In this document: positions 50,126-60,551 of the stretch, piece by piece | Position numbering within the stretch: position 1 is the stretch's first letter | Layout of the letters: each line of letters starts with the position of its first letter | Assembly: GCF_900176375.1 (NCBI RefSeq) | Contig: NZ_FWYF01000001.1 | Coordinates: forward strand, 1,062,449 to 1,126,448 | Reading direction: 5' to 3' | Source of the DNA: Reichenbachiella faecimaris | Lineage (GTDB): Bacteria > Bacteroidota > Bacteroidia > Cytophagales > Cyclobacteriaceae | Length of the DNA: 64,000 nucleotides | The notes under the pieces: model-generated | What the model was told of the DNA's origin: nothing | What the model saw: only the letters and a program-made list of their open reading frames with translations | Databases searched by the model: none | Program-made: the position numbers and the translations under genes

Positions 50126-51028
50126 TTAAATTCTGAGAGAGAAGCCAAAACATTCAAATTAGAAAACGCCGAAGATGAATTCCACTTCTGGCCACTCAAA
50201 GAAATCTGGCAGGAGCCCATAGTAGCTATCACAGATCAGGTCGCAAAAAAACAGCTATTAGCTGAAGGGGCGACGCATATTTATTACCAAGCCAATCCTT
50301 GGGTATTCTCCAGGCTGGCAATTCTGCTGGGCTCTAATTAGGGTATTTGAAAAGTGGCCGTGTACAAGTACATCTCAGACTACTTCCCAAACAAAGTCGA
50401 AGCAGTAGATGGCATGCCAGGGACTCGAAAGACTCCGCTGTTTCATTTTGCTCAATCATCTTTGACCACCTATTGTCAGGCATTGGGCTCGTGGTCTAGC
50501 TACTGGCTGCTCATGTTGGTATTATCTGTAGTTCGGCTAGGATGGATGCACAGCTTGGTTCAGAAAATGAGTGACGAAGCCTCTCCTAACATGAAGCAAA
50601 ATTTTGATGTCGCTAAAAATTGATTTTTAATGTTGTAGATCAACTCAACATTTAACTTCGTCAAGACCAAATCTTTCAGTCCAACTAAGTAATTAATTTT
50701 TCACAACTCAGTAGATGCCATCTTCCTTCTAACACCAAAGGGAGGTTATGCCTACTTTTTTGTTTTATGTGCAAACCACTCGTAAATACGTGAATACAGC
50801 TATTCAACTACTTAGTTTACAATTCTTAATTACGTATTTTTCAAAAATAGTCTATTACAACCCTGCGTTTTCGCAGAAATAAAAGCCGAATAAAAAAGAT
50901 TCTAAGACTGTCATTTACCATTTCATCACTCACGGCGCCCGACTAGGTTTGCCATACAATTACGTAATAGTACGCAAACATTGTTAACCCAGCCAAAACA
51001 ATCATTTAAGTACTAAACTATAAGAATC

Positions 51029-52309
51029 ATGAAAAAACTAATGCTGGCTTTATCCACCATTATCATAACCATCACCTCAGCTCAAGCTCAATTTTCTATG
51101 AGCGGAGAGGTCAATGCCAGATCTGAATTCAGAAATGGATTTAAAAAACCGATGACAGAAAGCCTTGACCCAGCGTTCTTCACAGAACAAAGAACCAGAC
51201 TATATGCCAACTACAAAGCGGACGAATATGAAGTGAACATAGCACTACAAGACATCAGAATGTGGGGAGCAGACGGAATAGTAGACAAAACCTACGGCGG
51301 CTCATTTGGTATCTCAGAAGCCTGGGCCAGATACTACATGACAAACAAAGTTTCTGTGAAATTTGGTCGTCAGATCATTTCGTATGACAACCAAAGAATG
51401 TTCGGCGGACTAGAATGGGCCATGCAAGGTCTCAGACACGACGCCGCGCTATTCATGTATGAAGATTCACTTGGACTCAAAGTACATGCGGGAATAGCCT
51501 ACAATCAAAACCCTGTGACAGGTGCAGAGCCAGTGAGGCTTACTGGCACCTACTATCCATCATTTACTGGAAACGGCCCATACCACGCCACAGGCAACTA
51601 CAAACACATGGAATTCGCTTACCTCAATAAAAAATATGAAAAAGGCAGCTTATCTGCTTATCTGATTAATGATGCCAGACAATATGGCTTAGAAGATTCA
51701 GTTGCTAATAGACAGACTTATGGCTTGATGACCATGAGAAAGGTAGGTGACATCAAACTTAATGGCGAATTTTTCTACCAAGGAGGTAAAATTGCCCTGA
51801 GCGACTTGAGTGCCTACATGTTTTCCGTATCAGCTACCCTCACAACCAGCGCTACGCCACTGACTATAGGATATGATCATCTTTCTGGTCAGGATGTAGA
51901 AAGCGGCAAAAACACAACCTTTGCTCCCCTGTTCGGGACAAACCATGCCTTTTATGGTTTTATGGACTACTTCTATGTAGGTAATGGCAATAGCAATTCA
52001 GGATTGCAAGACTTGTACTTGAAGACAAAATTCAAAATTGGGAAAGGAGCCATTCTTGGACACTTTCACCATTTTTTAACGGCCAGCACCATCTATGAAG
52101 CAGATGGGATCACGGAAGCTAGCGCTTCTCTGGGCACTGAACTGGACATAGTCTATGTTACTCCTTTAGGTAAAGTAGGCACCTTCAAATTGGGTTATTC
52201 ACAAATGTTCGCTTCAGACAGCATGGATATCATCAAGAACACAGCAGAGTCCAACTCTCTTAACAACTGGGCATGGGCTCAACTGATCATCAAACCTAAG
52301 TTTCTATAA
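51029..52309 (+). CDS. Outer-membrane beta-barrel porin-like protein
   Basis: It has a signal peptide (AQAQ cleavage), alternating amphipathic beta strands and a C-terminal aromatic residue (KF). Confidence 0.5.
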   Translation: MKKLMLALSTIIITITSAQAQFSMSGEVNARSEFRNGFKKPMTESLDPAFFTEQRTRLYANYKADEYEVNIALQDIRMWGADGIVDKTYGGSFGISEAWARYYMTNKVSVKFGRQIISYDNQRMFGGLEWAMQGLRHDAALFMYEDSLGLKVHAGIAYNQNPVTGAEPVRLTGTYYPSFTGNGPYHATGNYKHMEFAYLNKKYEKGSLSAYLINDARQYGLEDSVANRQTYGLMTMRKVGDIKLNGEFFYQGGKIALSDLSAYMFSVSATLTTSATPLTIGYDHLSGQDVESGKNTTFAPLFGTNHAFYGFMDYFYVGNGNSNSGLQDLYLKTKFKIGKGAILGHFHHFLTASTIYEADGITEASASLGTELDIVYVTPLGKVGTFKLGYSQMFASDSMDIIKNTAESNSLNNWAWAQLIIKPKFL

Positions 52310-52437
52310 TCCACCAGCAATTAAAATCTAAATCAACATGAATAAGTTAACTACACTCTTTACGCAAATCATAGCTTTCTTCGGTCTAACGACAGTAGAA
52401 GCTTCATGAATTTAATATTTCTTTTTAAACCATTGAT

Positions 52438-53382
52438 ATGAAAAAACTAACGATTCAATATTTGATGTTTTTGGGTGTGCTGACCCTGGCCATCGTGGCA
52501 AGTCAAATTCTCATCCAACGTACCATTTCTGACAGTAAAACGGATTCAAGAATTATCAACATCTCAGGCCGACAGCGAATGCTCAGTCAGAAAATCAGCA
52601 AAGCTGCTTTGAAGCTTCCATTGAGTAAAACCAAAGAAGAATTCAACAGAACTAAATCTGAACTGACAGATGCAGCCAGACTTTGGACTGATTCTCATAA
52701 GGAGCTCAAATTCGGTAATGAGCGTTTAGATGTCAGCGAAATGAACGAATCTGTATTTCTAGAGCGGTTATTCACACAAATACAGCCCTATTTTTTATCG
52801 ATCAATGAAGCGGTTTCCGATCTTGACTTGTACAATTACAATCAGGTAAGCGAGGGCGATATTCCTGCAAAAATGGAAGAAGCCATTCAGGTGATTGCTG
52901 ACCAAGAAAAAGACTTCCTCAAACTGATGAATGACATCACGTTCGAATATGATCGGATTGCTACAGCCAAAGTGGAAAAATTGTCCACATCGGAATATTA
53001 CTTGCTGGCTGGCACATTGCTCTTGATCTTATTAGAAGCCATTTTCATCTTTCGTCCTATGGTGAAAACATCCAAACGCAAGGACCATGTCATTTCAGAG
53101 TTCAACGATTACGTGCAACAGTCCATTTCAGCCTTGGGACAGACTCATCAAGAGAAAGAATTAGCTGACGATATCATAGCTGAAGCCAATGAGAAAATTG
53201 ACGCACTTTCAACAGTGAACAACAACCTGCGTAAACGTATCAAACAAACTAAGAATGAATATGAAAAGAAGCTCAGTGAAGAGATCATTAACTATACTGA
53301 AATTAGTGAACTGAACAATACCTATGAAAGCAGAATTGAAAGATTAGAAAAAGAACTCAAGAGAATAAAGAAAATCGCATGA
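52438..53382 (+). CDS. Membrane protein with PilJ/NarX-type N-terminal sensing domain (nitrate/nitrite P-box-like) and C-terminal coiled coil; no kinase or MCP output domain
   Basis: NISGRQRMLSQKISKAAL matches the P-box of NarX/NarQ and the PilJ N-terminal domain. A second TM and a coiled-coil C-terminus follow. Confidence 0.5.
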   Translation: MKKLTIQYLMFLGVLTLAIVASQILIQRTISDSKTDSRIINISGRQRMLSQKISKAALKLPLSKTKEEFNRTKSELTDAARLWTDSHKELKFGNERLDVSEMNESVFLERLFTQIQPYFLSINEAVSDLDLYNYNQVSEGDIPAKMEEAIQVIADQEKDFLKLMNDITFEYDRIATAKVEKLSTSEYYLLAGTLLLILLEAIFIFRPMVKTSKRKDHVISEFNDYVQQSISALGQTHQEKELADDIIAEANEKIDALSTVNNNLRKRIKQTKNEYEKKLSEEIINYTEISELNNTYESRIERLEKELKRIKKIA

Positions 53383-53445
53383 TTGAACCAGCCGTGGTTA
53401 GTGAAGGTGAGGTATACCATAGACTTATAGCCTCACTTTATTTCT

Positions 53446-53772
53446 TTATTTAGGTGGCAATGAAAGCACGAATTCATAGCTCTTCTGAAGGAATTTAGCC
53501 GCAAGAGCCGTATTGTCCAGCATCGAATCCGGTAGGACCACATAACCCCTCATCACAGCACCATAAGATTTAAAAAGTGATGATTGATACGTTTTGATAA
53601 ATTCTTCACCGTCTTCTTTTGACAATCGGATTCCTAACTCACCAGCTTTATTCAGTTGAGAAAACATATAGCCATTGACAGAGGTGAATAGCATATTTTT
53701 CCCCTTTAGTTCAAAATTTGAATTGGAAGCAACCAATCGTTCGTACCGTGCTATTCTATCTGGATCAATCAT
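53446..53772 (-). CDS. Hypothetical protein
   Basis: It is a 108-aa ORF. No motifs were recognised. Confidence 0.3.
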   Translation of the reverse strand: MIDPDRIARYERLVASNSNFELKGKNMLFTSVNGYMFSQLNKAGELGIRLSKEDGEEFIKTYQSSLFKSYGAVMRGYVVLPDSMLDNTALAAKFLQKSYEFVLSLPPK

Positions 53773-53796
53773 TGATATTAAGATAGTTAATATTCC

Positions 53797-54261
53797 CTAC
53801 ATTTTCGATTTCAAAAAATCGGCTAACCTATTGAATACAGACCCCCAACCATTGTAAAAGCCCATTTCTTCTTGCTGCTTACAATACGCTTCAGTTTCAT
53901 GTACACACTTGAATGTAAATTTGGTTTGCTCTCCCTTTGCTTCAAAATAGGCCTGAATTTCAACCCCTTCCGTCATGGGTTTGAAATTAGCTGTTGAACA
54001 AATTTTTTCGAATTCTACAATTTCTGTGTACACACCTTCAGCCATAAACACCTGACCATCGGGCATAGTCATCGCGTATTCCCACTCCCCTCCAACTCGA
54101 AAATCGTGTTTATTAACCTTGGTCTCCATGCCTTCTGGCCCCCACCATTGCGCCAGATGCTCAGGGTTGGTCCAGGCCTCCCATGCCAAGGATATAGGTG
54201 CATTAAATACTCTTTCCAACGTAAGTGTGCGACTATCCGCATCATTTGTTTTGCTCATCAT
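53797..54261 (-). CDS. SRPBCC (AHSA1/Aha1-like) domain protein
   Basis: It has an AHSA1-like signature (WEAWTNPEHLAQWWGP) and is 154 aa. It overlaps the ArsR gene by 20 bp, so the two form an operon. Confidence 0.65.
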   Translation of the reverse strand: MMSKTNDADSRTLTLERVFNAPISLAWEAWTNPEHLAQWWGPEGMETKVNKHDFRVGGEWEYAMTMPDGQVFMAEGVYTEIVEFEKICSTANFKPMTEGVEIQAYFEAKGEQTKFTFKCVHETEAYCKQQEEMGFYNGWGSVFNRLADFLKSKM

Positions 54262-54583
54262 CTAGATTTTTAGTTTGAAGTTTATTAAGATACTTTTCGA
54301 AAGAATCGAGTTTCTCATCCCATAGATTACGGTATTGTTCCATCCAAAGAAAGGCTGGAATCAATGTCTTGGGCTGAATCATACAAAAACGCTCCCGCCC
54401 TTTTTGCTCAAAATCAATGACTCCACATTCTTTGAGAATCTTCAGATGCTTGGAAATCGCTGGTCGGCTCACTTCGAATTTTTCCGCTACAGCATTTACC
54501 GTCAACGAATCCTCAGCGAGTAACTCTATAATATCCCTTCTTACAGGATCAGCAATCGCTTGAAATATGTCTCGTCTAGTCAT
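54242..54583 (-). CDS. ArsR/SmtB family transcriptional regulator
   Basis: The HTH is FQAIADPVRRDIIELLAEDSLTVNAVAEKFEVSRPAISKHLKILKECGV. Confidence 0.75.
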   Translation of the reverse strand: MTRRDIFQAIADPVRRDIIELLAEDSLTVNAVAEKFEVSRPAISKHLKILKECGVIDFEQKGRERFCMIQPKTLIPAFLWMEQYRNLWDEKLDSFEKYLNKLQTKNLDDEQNK

Positions 54584-54595
54584 TAAAGTAACCGT

Positions 54596-55567
54596 TTGGT
54601 TACAAATATATATGTAACTAATTGGTTACACAAATATTATTTTCAGAAAAACGAAAAATTGACCTATCATAGCTGTATGAATCGCTCGATCACACTACTA
54701 CTGCTTATACTGACCATGCTTTTTTGGGCGGTCAATTTCCACATAACCAAAATCGCTTTGGTACATTATTCTCCCATGGCCGTGGCCTTTTGGCGGTTTC
54801 TTTTTGGTGTGATCATACTTATAGGGGTGCTCGTAGTTCAGTATGGCAAGGGACTATCCAATATTAGAATTTCTCTCAAAACTTTTGGGCTGATTTGCCT
54901 GGTTTCATTCTTTGGTATATTCCTAACCATTTACTTTTTCAATAAAGGACTACAGACTGCAAGTGCCGTAAGTGGATCATTGATACTTGCCACAAGCCCA
55001 ATCATGACAGCTATCTTGGCTTTCTTTTTTCTGAACAGACGATTCTCTCCTATCCAGTTGTTCGCCATGACCATAAGCATCACAGGAGTGATCATTCTAC
55101 TGGTGAAAGGTGATTTCACCAGACTGATAGCCATGAAATTAGAAACGGGAGACTTGTATATCTTGGGCATGGCACTGGTCTTTTCGCTTTCGCAAATCCT
55201 TGTAGACAAATACTTGTCGGGCATCAATAGTATCTTGATGACAACCATCAGTGTAATCATAGGTTTATTGATGTTTGCAGCTGTGTCTACACCAGAACTG
55301 CTATCCAGCCCTGTCCCAGACGAATGGCCGTTTTGGGCAAGTGTGGGCTTTATGGGCATATTAGGTACGGGTGTGGGCTATGTGGCTTTTTATCATGCCG
55401 TAGTCAAACTGGGAGCAACTACCACAGCACTTTATGGCAATTTGATCCCGTTATTTACAGTGCTATTAGCCGTACCCTTCAAAGAAGAAGTTCATGCATC
55501 GCAGCTGATTGGTGGATTGGTGATTGTTTTAGGGTTATTACTGTTTGGGCAATCGAAAAAGAGGTAG
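54596..55567 (+). CDS. EamA/DMT family transporter
   Basis: It has 10 TM helices in two EamA repeats. The likely start is internal (MNRSITLLL). Confidence 0.65.
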   Translation: MVTNIYVTNWLHKYYFQKNEKLTYHSCMNRSITLLLLILTMLFWAVNFHITKIALVHYSPMAVAFWRFLFGVIILIGVLVVQYGKGLSNIRISLKTFGLICLVSFFGIFLTIYFFNKGLQTASAVSGSLILATSPIMTAILAFFFLNRRFSPIQLFAMTISITGVIILLVKGDFTRLIAMKLETGDLYILGMALVFSLSQILVDKYLSGINSILMTTISVIIGLLMFAAVSTPELLSSPVPDEWPFWASVGFMGILGTGVGYVAFYHAVVKLGATTTALYGNLIPLFTVLLAVPFKEEVHASQLIGGLVIVLGLLLFGQSKKR

Positions 55568-55689
55568 GGCGTATCCAACGAATGGGTATAGCCAAGGACT
55601 AAAACTATTATCTCAAGCTAAATAGTTAGATCAATCTTAGAAAAAAATTTTGACATCGGATTTGGAAAATACACTTTCCCATATTGCGG

Positions 55690-56256
55690 TTAATCTTGGC
55701 TCTTTGATTTTGTCACATTCGACACTTCTATCAAGCTATCATTTTTTATGATTTGCAATTTTTCGTTTCCAAGATAAATAATTGAATCATTTCCTATTTC
55801 ATCAATATTGAAGTAATGCAGTTTAGGTCTTTCTGATTCTTTTTTGAAAAAAAAGAATCCTACCACCCCTATAAAAATAAGGCCAACTGCAATAACATAT
55901 CTGACCCGACCACTTTCGCGACTATTAATTGGGTCATCCACAACTACTAAACGATATCCTTTTTTGGGAATGGTTTCTAAAGCAACATTTTCAATTTTGT
56001 TAGTCTTTAGGATATTCCGTATTTTGAAAATATTTTTTGTTAATGCCTTCTCACCACTTAATTTATTGCCGTCCCAAATTTCCCGAATAAAAGTTCCCTT
56101 CTCAACAAGTTTTCCATCATATTCAATTAAAAGCAGCAAAATCTTCATTACTTGATTTTCAACTTTTATCACATTTTTTATTCCTTCTTCTTTGATTATC
56201 AGCTCATCGGTAGAGCCATTTATCTCAAGATGTGAGTTCAGTTTAACAATGTTCAT
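55690..56256 (-). CDS. CadC/ToxR-like membrane-anchored winged-helix (OmpR/PhoB-type trans_reg_C) regulator
   Basis: A wHTH is visible (LSGEKALTKNIFKIRNILK...IETIPKKGYRLVV), followed by a single TM. Confidence 0.5.
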   Translation of the reverse strand: MNIVKLNSHLEINGSTDELIIKEEGIKNVIKVENQVMKILLLLIEYDGKLVEKGTFIREIWDGNKLSGEKALTKNIFKIRNILKTNKIENVALETIPKKGYRLVVVDDPINSRESGRVRYVIAVGLIFIGVVGFFFFKKESERPKLHYFNIDEIGNDSIIYLGNEKLQIIKNDSLIEVSNVTKSKSQD

Positions 56257-56359
56257 GGCCTAAAATTTAAAGGAATATAAAAAGGACTTTTATAGGATAG
56301 TCAATTGCATCATTCAAATATTTCTTCCCATAAATTTATTTGAAACTTTTAAAACTTCC

Positions 56360-57457
56360 ATGATGAAATCTGTTCACCTATCATTACTGTCATTGTTAAT
56401 CCTGTTAATATTTGAGATACATAGCTCTTATGCACAAAAAACACTTACAGAAGAATTTACACTAGAAACATCAGACGGAATACAACTAGCAGGACAAATT
56501 GACTACCCGAATAAATCCGGACGATTTCCTTCGGCTATTTTAATTTGGGGTAATGGACCACATACCCGAGACATGGAAATCTCCGGGTCGCCAATCTTTA
56601 AGCAAATAGCAGACTCTTTATTGAAATTGGATATGGTTGTTTTAAGAATGGATAAGCGTGGTTTTGGCAAATCCAAAGGAGATATATCGAAATCTGAAGG
56701 GAATTACACGACACATGATCTGGTAAATGACTTCAAATTGGCGTACAACTATTTGAACCATCATCACGCAGTTGATACAGGTAATGTAGGGTTAATTGGT
56801 CATAGTGAGGGAAGTATAATTGCACCTATATTAGCTACTGAAGTATCGGGTGTTGATTGGATCATTACTTTTGGATCCGTTGGAGTTTCAGGAGCTGATA
56901 TTACCAGAGCGCAAAATAGATTAAATAGAAAAAGGTTGGGGATATCTGAAGAAATTTCAGAAGCTATTGAAATTGTTTGGGAAGACTACATAACCATGAT
57001 AAAAGATGGTACCGTTAAAAATGATTCTATTTATTATGATTTGGGGACAAGGTTTTTAGTAGCACATGGTTTAAATAAGGATGACAAACGAATTACATAT
57101 AAATTTATAGATCAGCTTTTGGATGAGTATAGAGGCAAATGGTATCAGTATTTTTATAATACGAATGTGACGGATTTTATACGAAAAATAGAAAAGCCTT
57201 ATCTGGTTGTTTTTGGCGAAAATGATATACAAACTAGCGTAGAACTAAATCTTATTCCTATAAATCAAGCACTGTCAGAAGCCGGAAACAAACATTATAA
57301 AATTGTTGTTCTTTCTGATGAAGATCATTTTTTTCTACGCTCCAACAATAAACGAATGGAAAAACATGAATTCGGCAAAATGAAAATATCTGACAGACTC
57401 ATGACAACAATTAGAAACTGGCTATTGTTTGAAGGTATTTGTAAGGTATACCAATGA
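56360..57457 (+). CDS. Alpha/beta hydrolase (secreted)
   Basis: It has a signal peptide and the GHSEGS nucleophile elbow. Confidence 0.6.
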   Translation: MMKSVHLSLLSLLILLIFEIHSSYAQKTLTEEFTLETSDGIQLAGQIDYPNKSGRFPSAILIWGNGPHTRDMEISGSPIFKQIADSLLKLDMVVLRMDKRGFGKSKGDISKSEGNYTTHDLVNDFKLAYNYLNHHHAVDTGNVGLIGHSEGSIIAPILATEVSGVDWIITFGSVGVSGADITRAQNRLNRKRLGISEEISEAIEIVWEDYITMIKDGTVKNDSIYYDLGTRFLVAHGLNKDDKRITYKFIDQLLDEYRGKWYQYFYNTNVTDFIRKIEKPYLVVFGENDIQTSVELNLIPINQALSEAGNKHYKIVVLSDEDHFFLRSNNKRMEKHEFGKMKISDRLMTTIRNWLLFEGICKVYQ

Positions 57458-57587
57458 ATAAATTTTACTGAAAAAGATATATTATTCCATTAGTATCCTA
57501 CAGAGCTAGTGTACCTTCTTATCAAGTTTTGTTTTATCCTTACAGGGCAGGAGAGTAAAGTTTTCAAAATGGATCCTAATTGAATCT

Positions 57588-58880
57588 TTATTCTTTGATC
57601 AATTTCACATAATTGAGCCCTTCATTCGTATGTAGAGCCACGTAGTATAAACCTGGCGCTAAGTCCTCAACCGAAAACGAAATCTGGTGGAGTCCCTCTC
57701 CAAGTATGGCAGTCCGAATTTCCTTCAAATGTTTACCTTCAGTATCAAATAGGTTGAGATGAGTTCGGGTGTATTGCCCAATATTGAGCTCAATGTTAAT
57801 CTGATTTCTCGTGGGATTGGGATAAACTGACAGCTGATGTATTTCCTTCTCGATGTTTAGCAGTATCTCATCATTCGCATCGTTTTCATATTTATACACC
57901 TGTCTGCCAGTTAAGAAAAGGGTAGAACCATCAATCATGAAAAATCTATTAAATCCAGACTGGTCTTCTACAGATACATCCTCCCAACTATCACCTCCAT
58001 CATGCGTTTCGAAAAGAACTGTTCTTTCTTGAGACGATCCTCCGGTCCATCCAGTTTGAGCATCTTTAAATCCTATGGCCTGTATATGATCCCAGCCCGA
58101 CCGAACAATTTTGGATGTCCACGTAAGTCCTTTATCCGTGGATTTAGCAAAAGTTATATTTGGTGTTCCCGGGTTTGACGCCACAGCACCAAAGAAATTT
58201 ACTGTATCAGGTGTTTGGATTTTCCAAACATAATCTCCCTCATTTTTTGTTTCATGGACGTTTTCCCAGCTTTCACCACCATCAGTAGTATGAAGGATGA
58301 TGCCCCCATTTTTCGCAGACTCACGATCATCACATCCGGTGACGAAACCTTCCATATCATCTATGAAAAAAATGTCTACCAGACACGTGGCGTAGGCACT
58401 CATGTCATAAGTAGTCCAGGTTTCACCCGCATCGTAGGATTTTGACACAAACGGAGGAGCCTCCGAAGAATAAATACCGCACATATATATGGTATTAGCC
58501 GAAGGAGCGGATAAACCACAGGCACCTGGCACACCACCTTCTGCGAAATCAAATGGTATGCGGTCTGAAATGTCCTGCCAAGTCTCACCACCATCAATAG
58601 TTCGATAAATACTCGTAAATAGAGAACCAAGATATCCGATTTGCTCTGTTGAAAATTCTATACTTCGTAAGTAGCTATTAGCTTTAAAATTCAGCGACCA
58701 TGTCGCTCCGCCATCTGTGGTTTTGTAGACTTCTTTTATCGAGTTGACAGCCCATCCGTTGGTTTTGTCCAGAAAGAATACATCGTCATATCTAGACGCC
58801 AGTGGAATATCTGTTGTCTTCCACTGAGCCAAGCTGAAGTAAGGGAATGCGAGAATGGCGATAAGAAAGTACTTGTACAT
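57588..58880 (-). CDS. Secreted BNR/Ycf48-like beta-propeller protein with T9SS C-terminal sorting domain
   Basis: It has a signal peptide and repeated T(D/T)DGGxTW Asp-box motifs (TTDGGATWS, TIDGGETWQ, YDAGETWT, TTDGGESWE, THDGGDSWE). The C-terminus (LSVYPNPTRNQINIEL...YYVALHT) is a T9SS CTD. Confidence 0.6.
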   Translation of the reverse strand: MYKYFLIAILAFPYFSLAQWKTTDIPLASRYDDVFFLDKTNGWAVNSIKEVYKTTDGGATWSLNFKANSYLRSIEFSTEQIGYLGSLFTSIYRTIDGGETWQDISDRIPFDFAEGGVPGACGLSAPSANTIYMCGIYSSEAPPFVSKSYDAGETWTTYDMSAYATCLVDIFFIDDMEGFVTGCDDRESAKNGGIILHTTDGGESWENVHETKNEGDYVWKIQTPDTVNFFGAVASNPGTPNITFAKSTDKGLTWTSKIVRSGWDHIQAIGFKDAQTGWTGGSSQERTVLFETHDGGDSWEDVSVEDQSGFNRFFMIDGSTLFLTGRQVYKYENDANDEILLNIEKEIHQLSVYPNPTRNQINIELNIGQYTRTHLNLFDTEGKHLKEIRTAILGEGLHQISFSVEDLAPGLYYVALHTNEGLNYVKLIKE

Positions 58881-59028
58881 GATATGACGTAAAAAAGAAA
58901 TGTGAAGTTAAATCTAGCCAATTCTATCAGAATAAAGGAATCAGCTGGGTTTTATTAAAAGTTTTATGCATGTCCAGTCTTACAAAAGCTTGAGGTCATC
59001 CAATTACAACAACTAATTCTTTCACTGA

Positions 59029-60078
59029 CTAAGGTTCATGATTATTCTTTCTCAGGATTTTCATCAAGCGATTATTTATAATTTCTGACACATTCCACAA
59101 GTACAATTTAGGATCTGTTGTGCTGTAGAACTGAATCATCACAGCATCAATTTCTTCGTGATAATTGGCAAAGCTCTGGTAACCAGGCACCCAGCCGCCA
59201 TGTTCATATTCATAAATGGAGGAATAGATTTTTTTTTCTTCCCCTTCAAACAATGATCCATCGTTTAATGCCCTTAGGAAAATCCCTACATCTTCTGCAG
59301 TGGCCAACATACCACGTTCGTCAGACTTTAAATCATAAGGATGTCCCAGATGATAGCCACTCATGACACGATCTAAATTCACTTCAGATAGTGAGCTGAA
59401 TGTGTTTTTTAGATTTAGAGGAATTAAAATTTCTTCTTGTATGAACTGGAAGTTGTCGTAACCCAATTCTTGATCCATGATCTTGTTGAGCAACAAGTAA
59501 TTCGTGTTACAATATTCATAATCCTCTCCAGGCTTAAAGTTAGCTGGTATATCCAAAATCAATGCGAGGTTTTCCTCATAAGACGCTGGTGGGGCCGACC
59601 AATAGTTTGGAGCGTTCGTAAAATTGGGCATTCCGCTTCGATGCTGAATCATCAATCGCAAGGTGATTTGGTCAGCGTTTTCAATTCTCCCTTCTAGCTC
59701 TGGTAAGTAGTCAGCTACCGTTTTGTCCAAAGACAGACGGCCCTCGCTTACCAATTTGGTTATAGCCACGGCATCGTAGAGCTTACTGATACTCGCAATT
59801 TTGAACAAAGCGTGTGGATCTGCCGAAATTCCCTTTTCTCTGTCGTGCCAACCTGCTGCATAAAACCCAGGGGCTTCGCCCGTCTGATCTACATAGACAA
59901 CCATCCCTTCAAACCTATGATCAATCGCCTCTTCAAGTTGTGCTTCTATGGTATCTGGCAGTGGTAGAATCCAAGCCCAAACCAAGATCCATGGCACATA
60001 AAACAGGGAGACAGGCGTACCAATGGCGAGTATGATTCTGAGTATTTGTTTTTTAGTCAATCTCATTGAGGGTAGCAA
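59029..60078 (-). CDS. Serine hydrolase, beta-lactamase/transpeptidase-like family
   Basis: It has the SxxK motif (FKIASISKLYDAV) and a YxN-like motif, with an N-terminal TM or signal. Confidence 0.7.
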   Translation of the reverse strand: MLPSMRLTKKQILRIILAIGTPVSLFYVPWILVWAWILPLPDTIEAQLEEAIDHRFEGMVVYVDQTGEAPGFYAAGWHDREKGISADPHALFKIASISKLYDAVAITKLVSEGRLSLDKTVADYLPELEGRIENADQITLRLMIQHRSGMPNFTNAPNYWSAPPASYEENLALILDIPANFKPGEDYEYCNTNYLLLNKIMDQELGYDNFQFIQEEILIPLNLKNTFSSLSEVNLDRVMSGYHLGHPYDLKSDERGMLATAEDVGIFLRALNDGSLFEGEEKKIYSSIYEYEHGGWVPGYQSFANYHEEIDAVMIQFYSTTDPKLYLWNVSEIINNRLMKILRKNNHEP

Positions 60079-60108
60079 TATAGTAAAGGATTGTATAGGT
60101 TTTTAATC

Positions 60109-60519
60109 TTATTGAAATACTTCACGAGCATCCGAAAACGCTTTGAATTCTAAAGGGTTCCCGCTAAAATCAAACACAAACATAGTAAGTTGCTCACCAG
60201 TTTTTCCCTGATATCGTGTTTGAGGTTTGACTACAAATTCTATTTGTTCGATTTCGAATTTTTGACGGATGAACTGGAATTCTTCTACACCAATCAAACA
60301 GCCAAAATGAGGAATAGGCACACTGACACCATCAACTTTCCCACAATAATCCAACACTGGAAAATTATCACTTACATGCGCTGACAATTGATTTCCAAAA
60401 AAATCAAAGTCAACCCATGATGCAGTGGATCGTCCTTCTTTGCAACCTAGAATCTCCACATAAAACTTCCGTGTGGATTCAAGGTCTTTTACTTTAAATG
60501 CGTAATGAAATGGGTTCAT
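60109..60519 (-). CDS. VOC (glyoxalase/bleomycin-resistance/dioxygenase) family protein
   Basis: The N-terminus reads HYAFKVKDLESTRKFYVEILG, as in the VOC family. It is 136 aa. Confidence 0.5.
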   Translation of the reverse strand: MNPFHYAFKVKDLESTRKFYVEILGCKEGRSTASWVDFDFFGNQLSAHVSDNFPVLDYCGKVDGVSVPIPHFGCLIGVEEFQFIRQKFEIEQIEFVVKPQTRYQGKTGEQLTMFVFDFSGNPLEFKAFSDAREVFQ

Positions 60520-60551
60520 TTTTTTGATCTTTTATTTGAAATAGCAATAGT

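Noticed and set aside
50354-50623. 89-aa ORF in the long FNR-porin intergenic region
   Set aside because: It has no recognisable motif and an atypical composition. The region is more plausibly a regulatory leader. It was kept only as part of the regulatory-motif finding.
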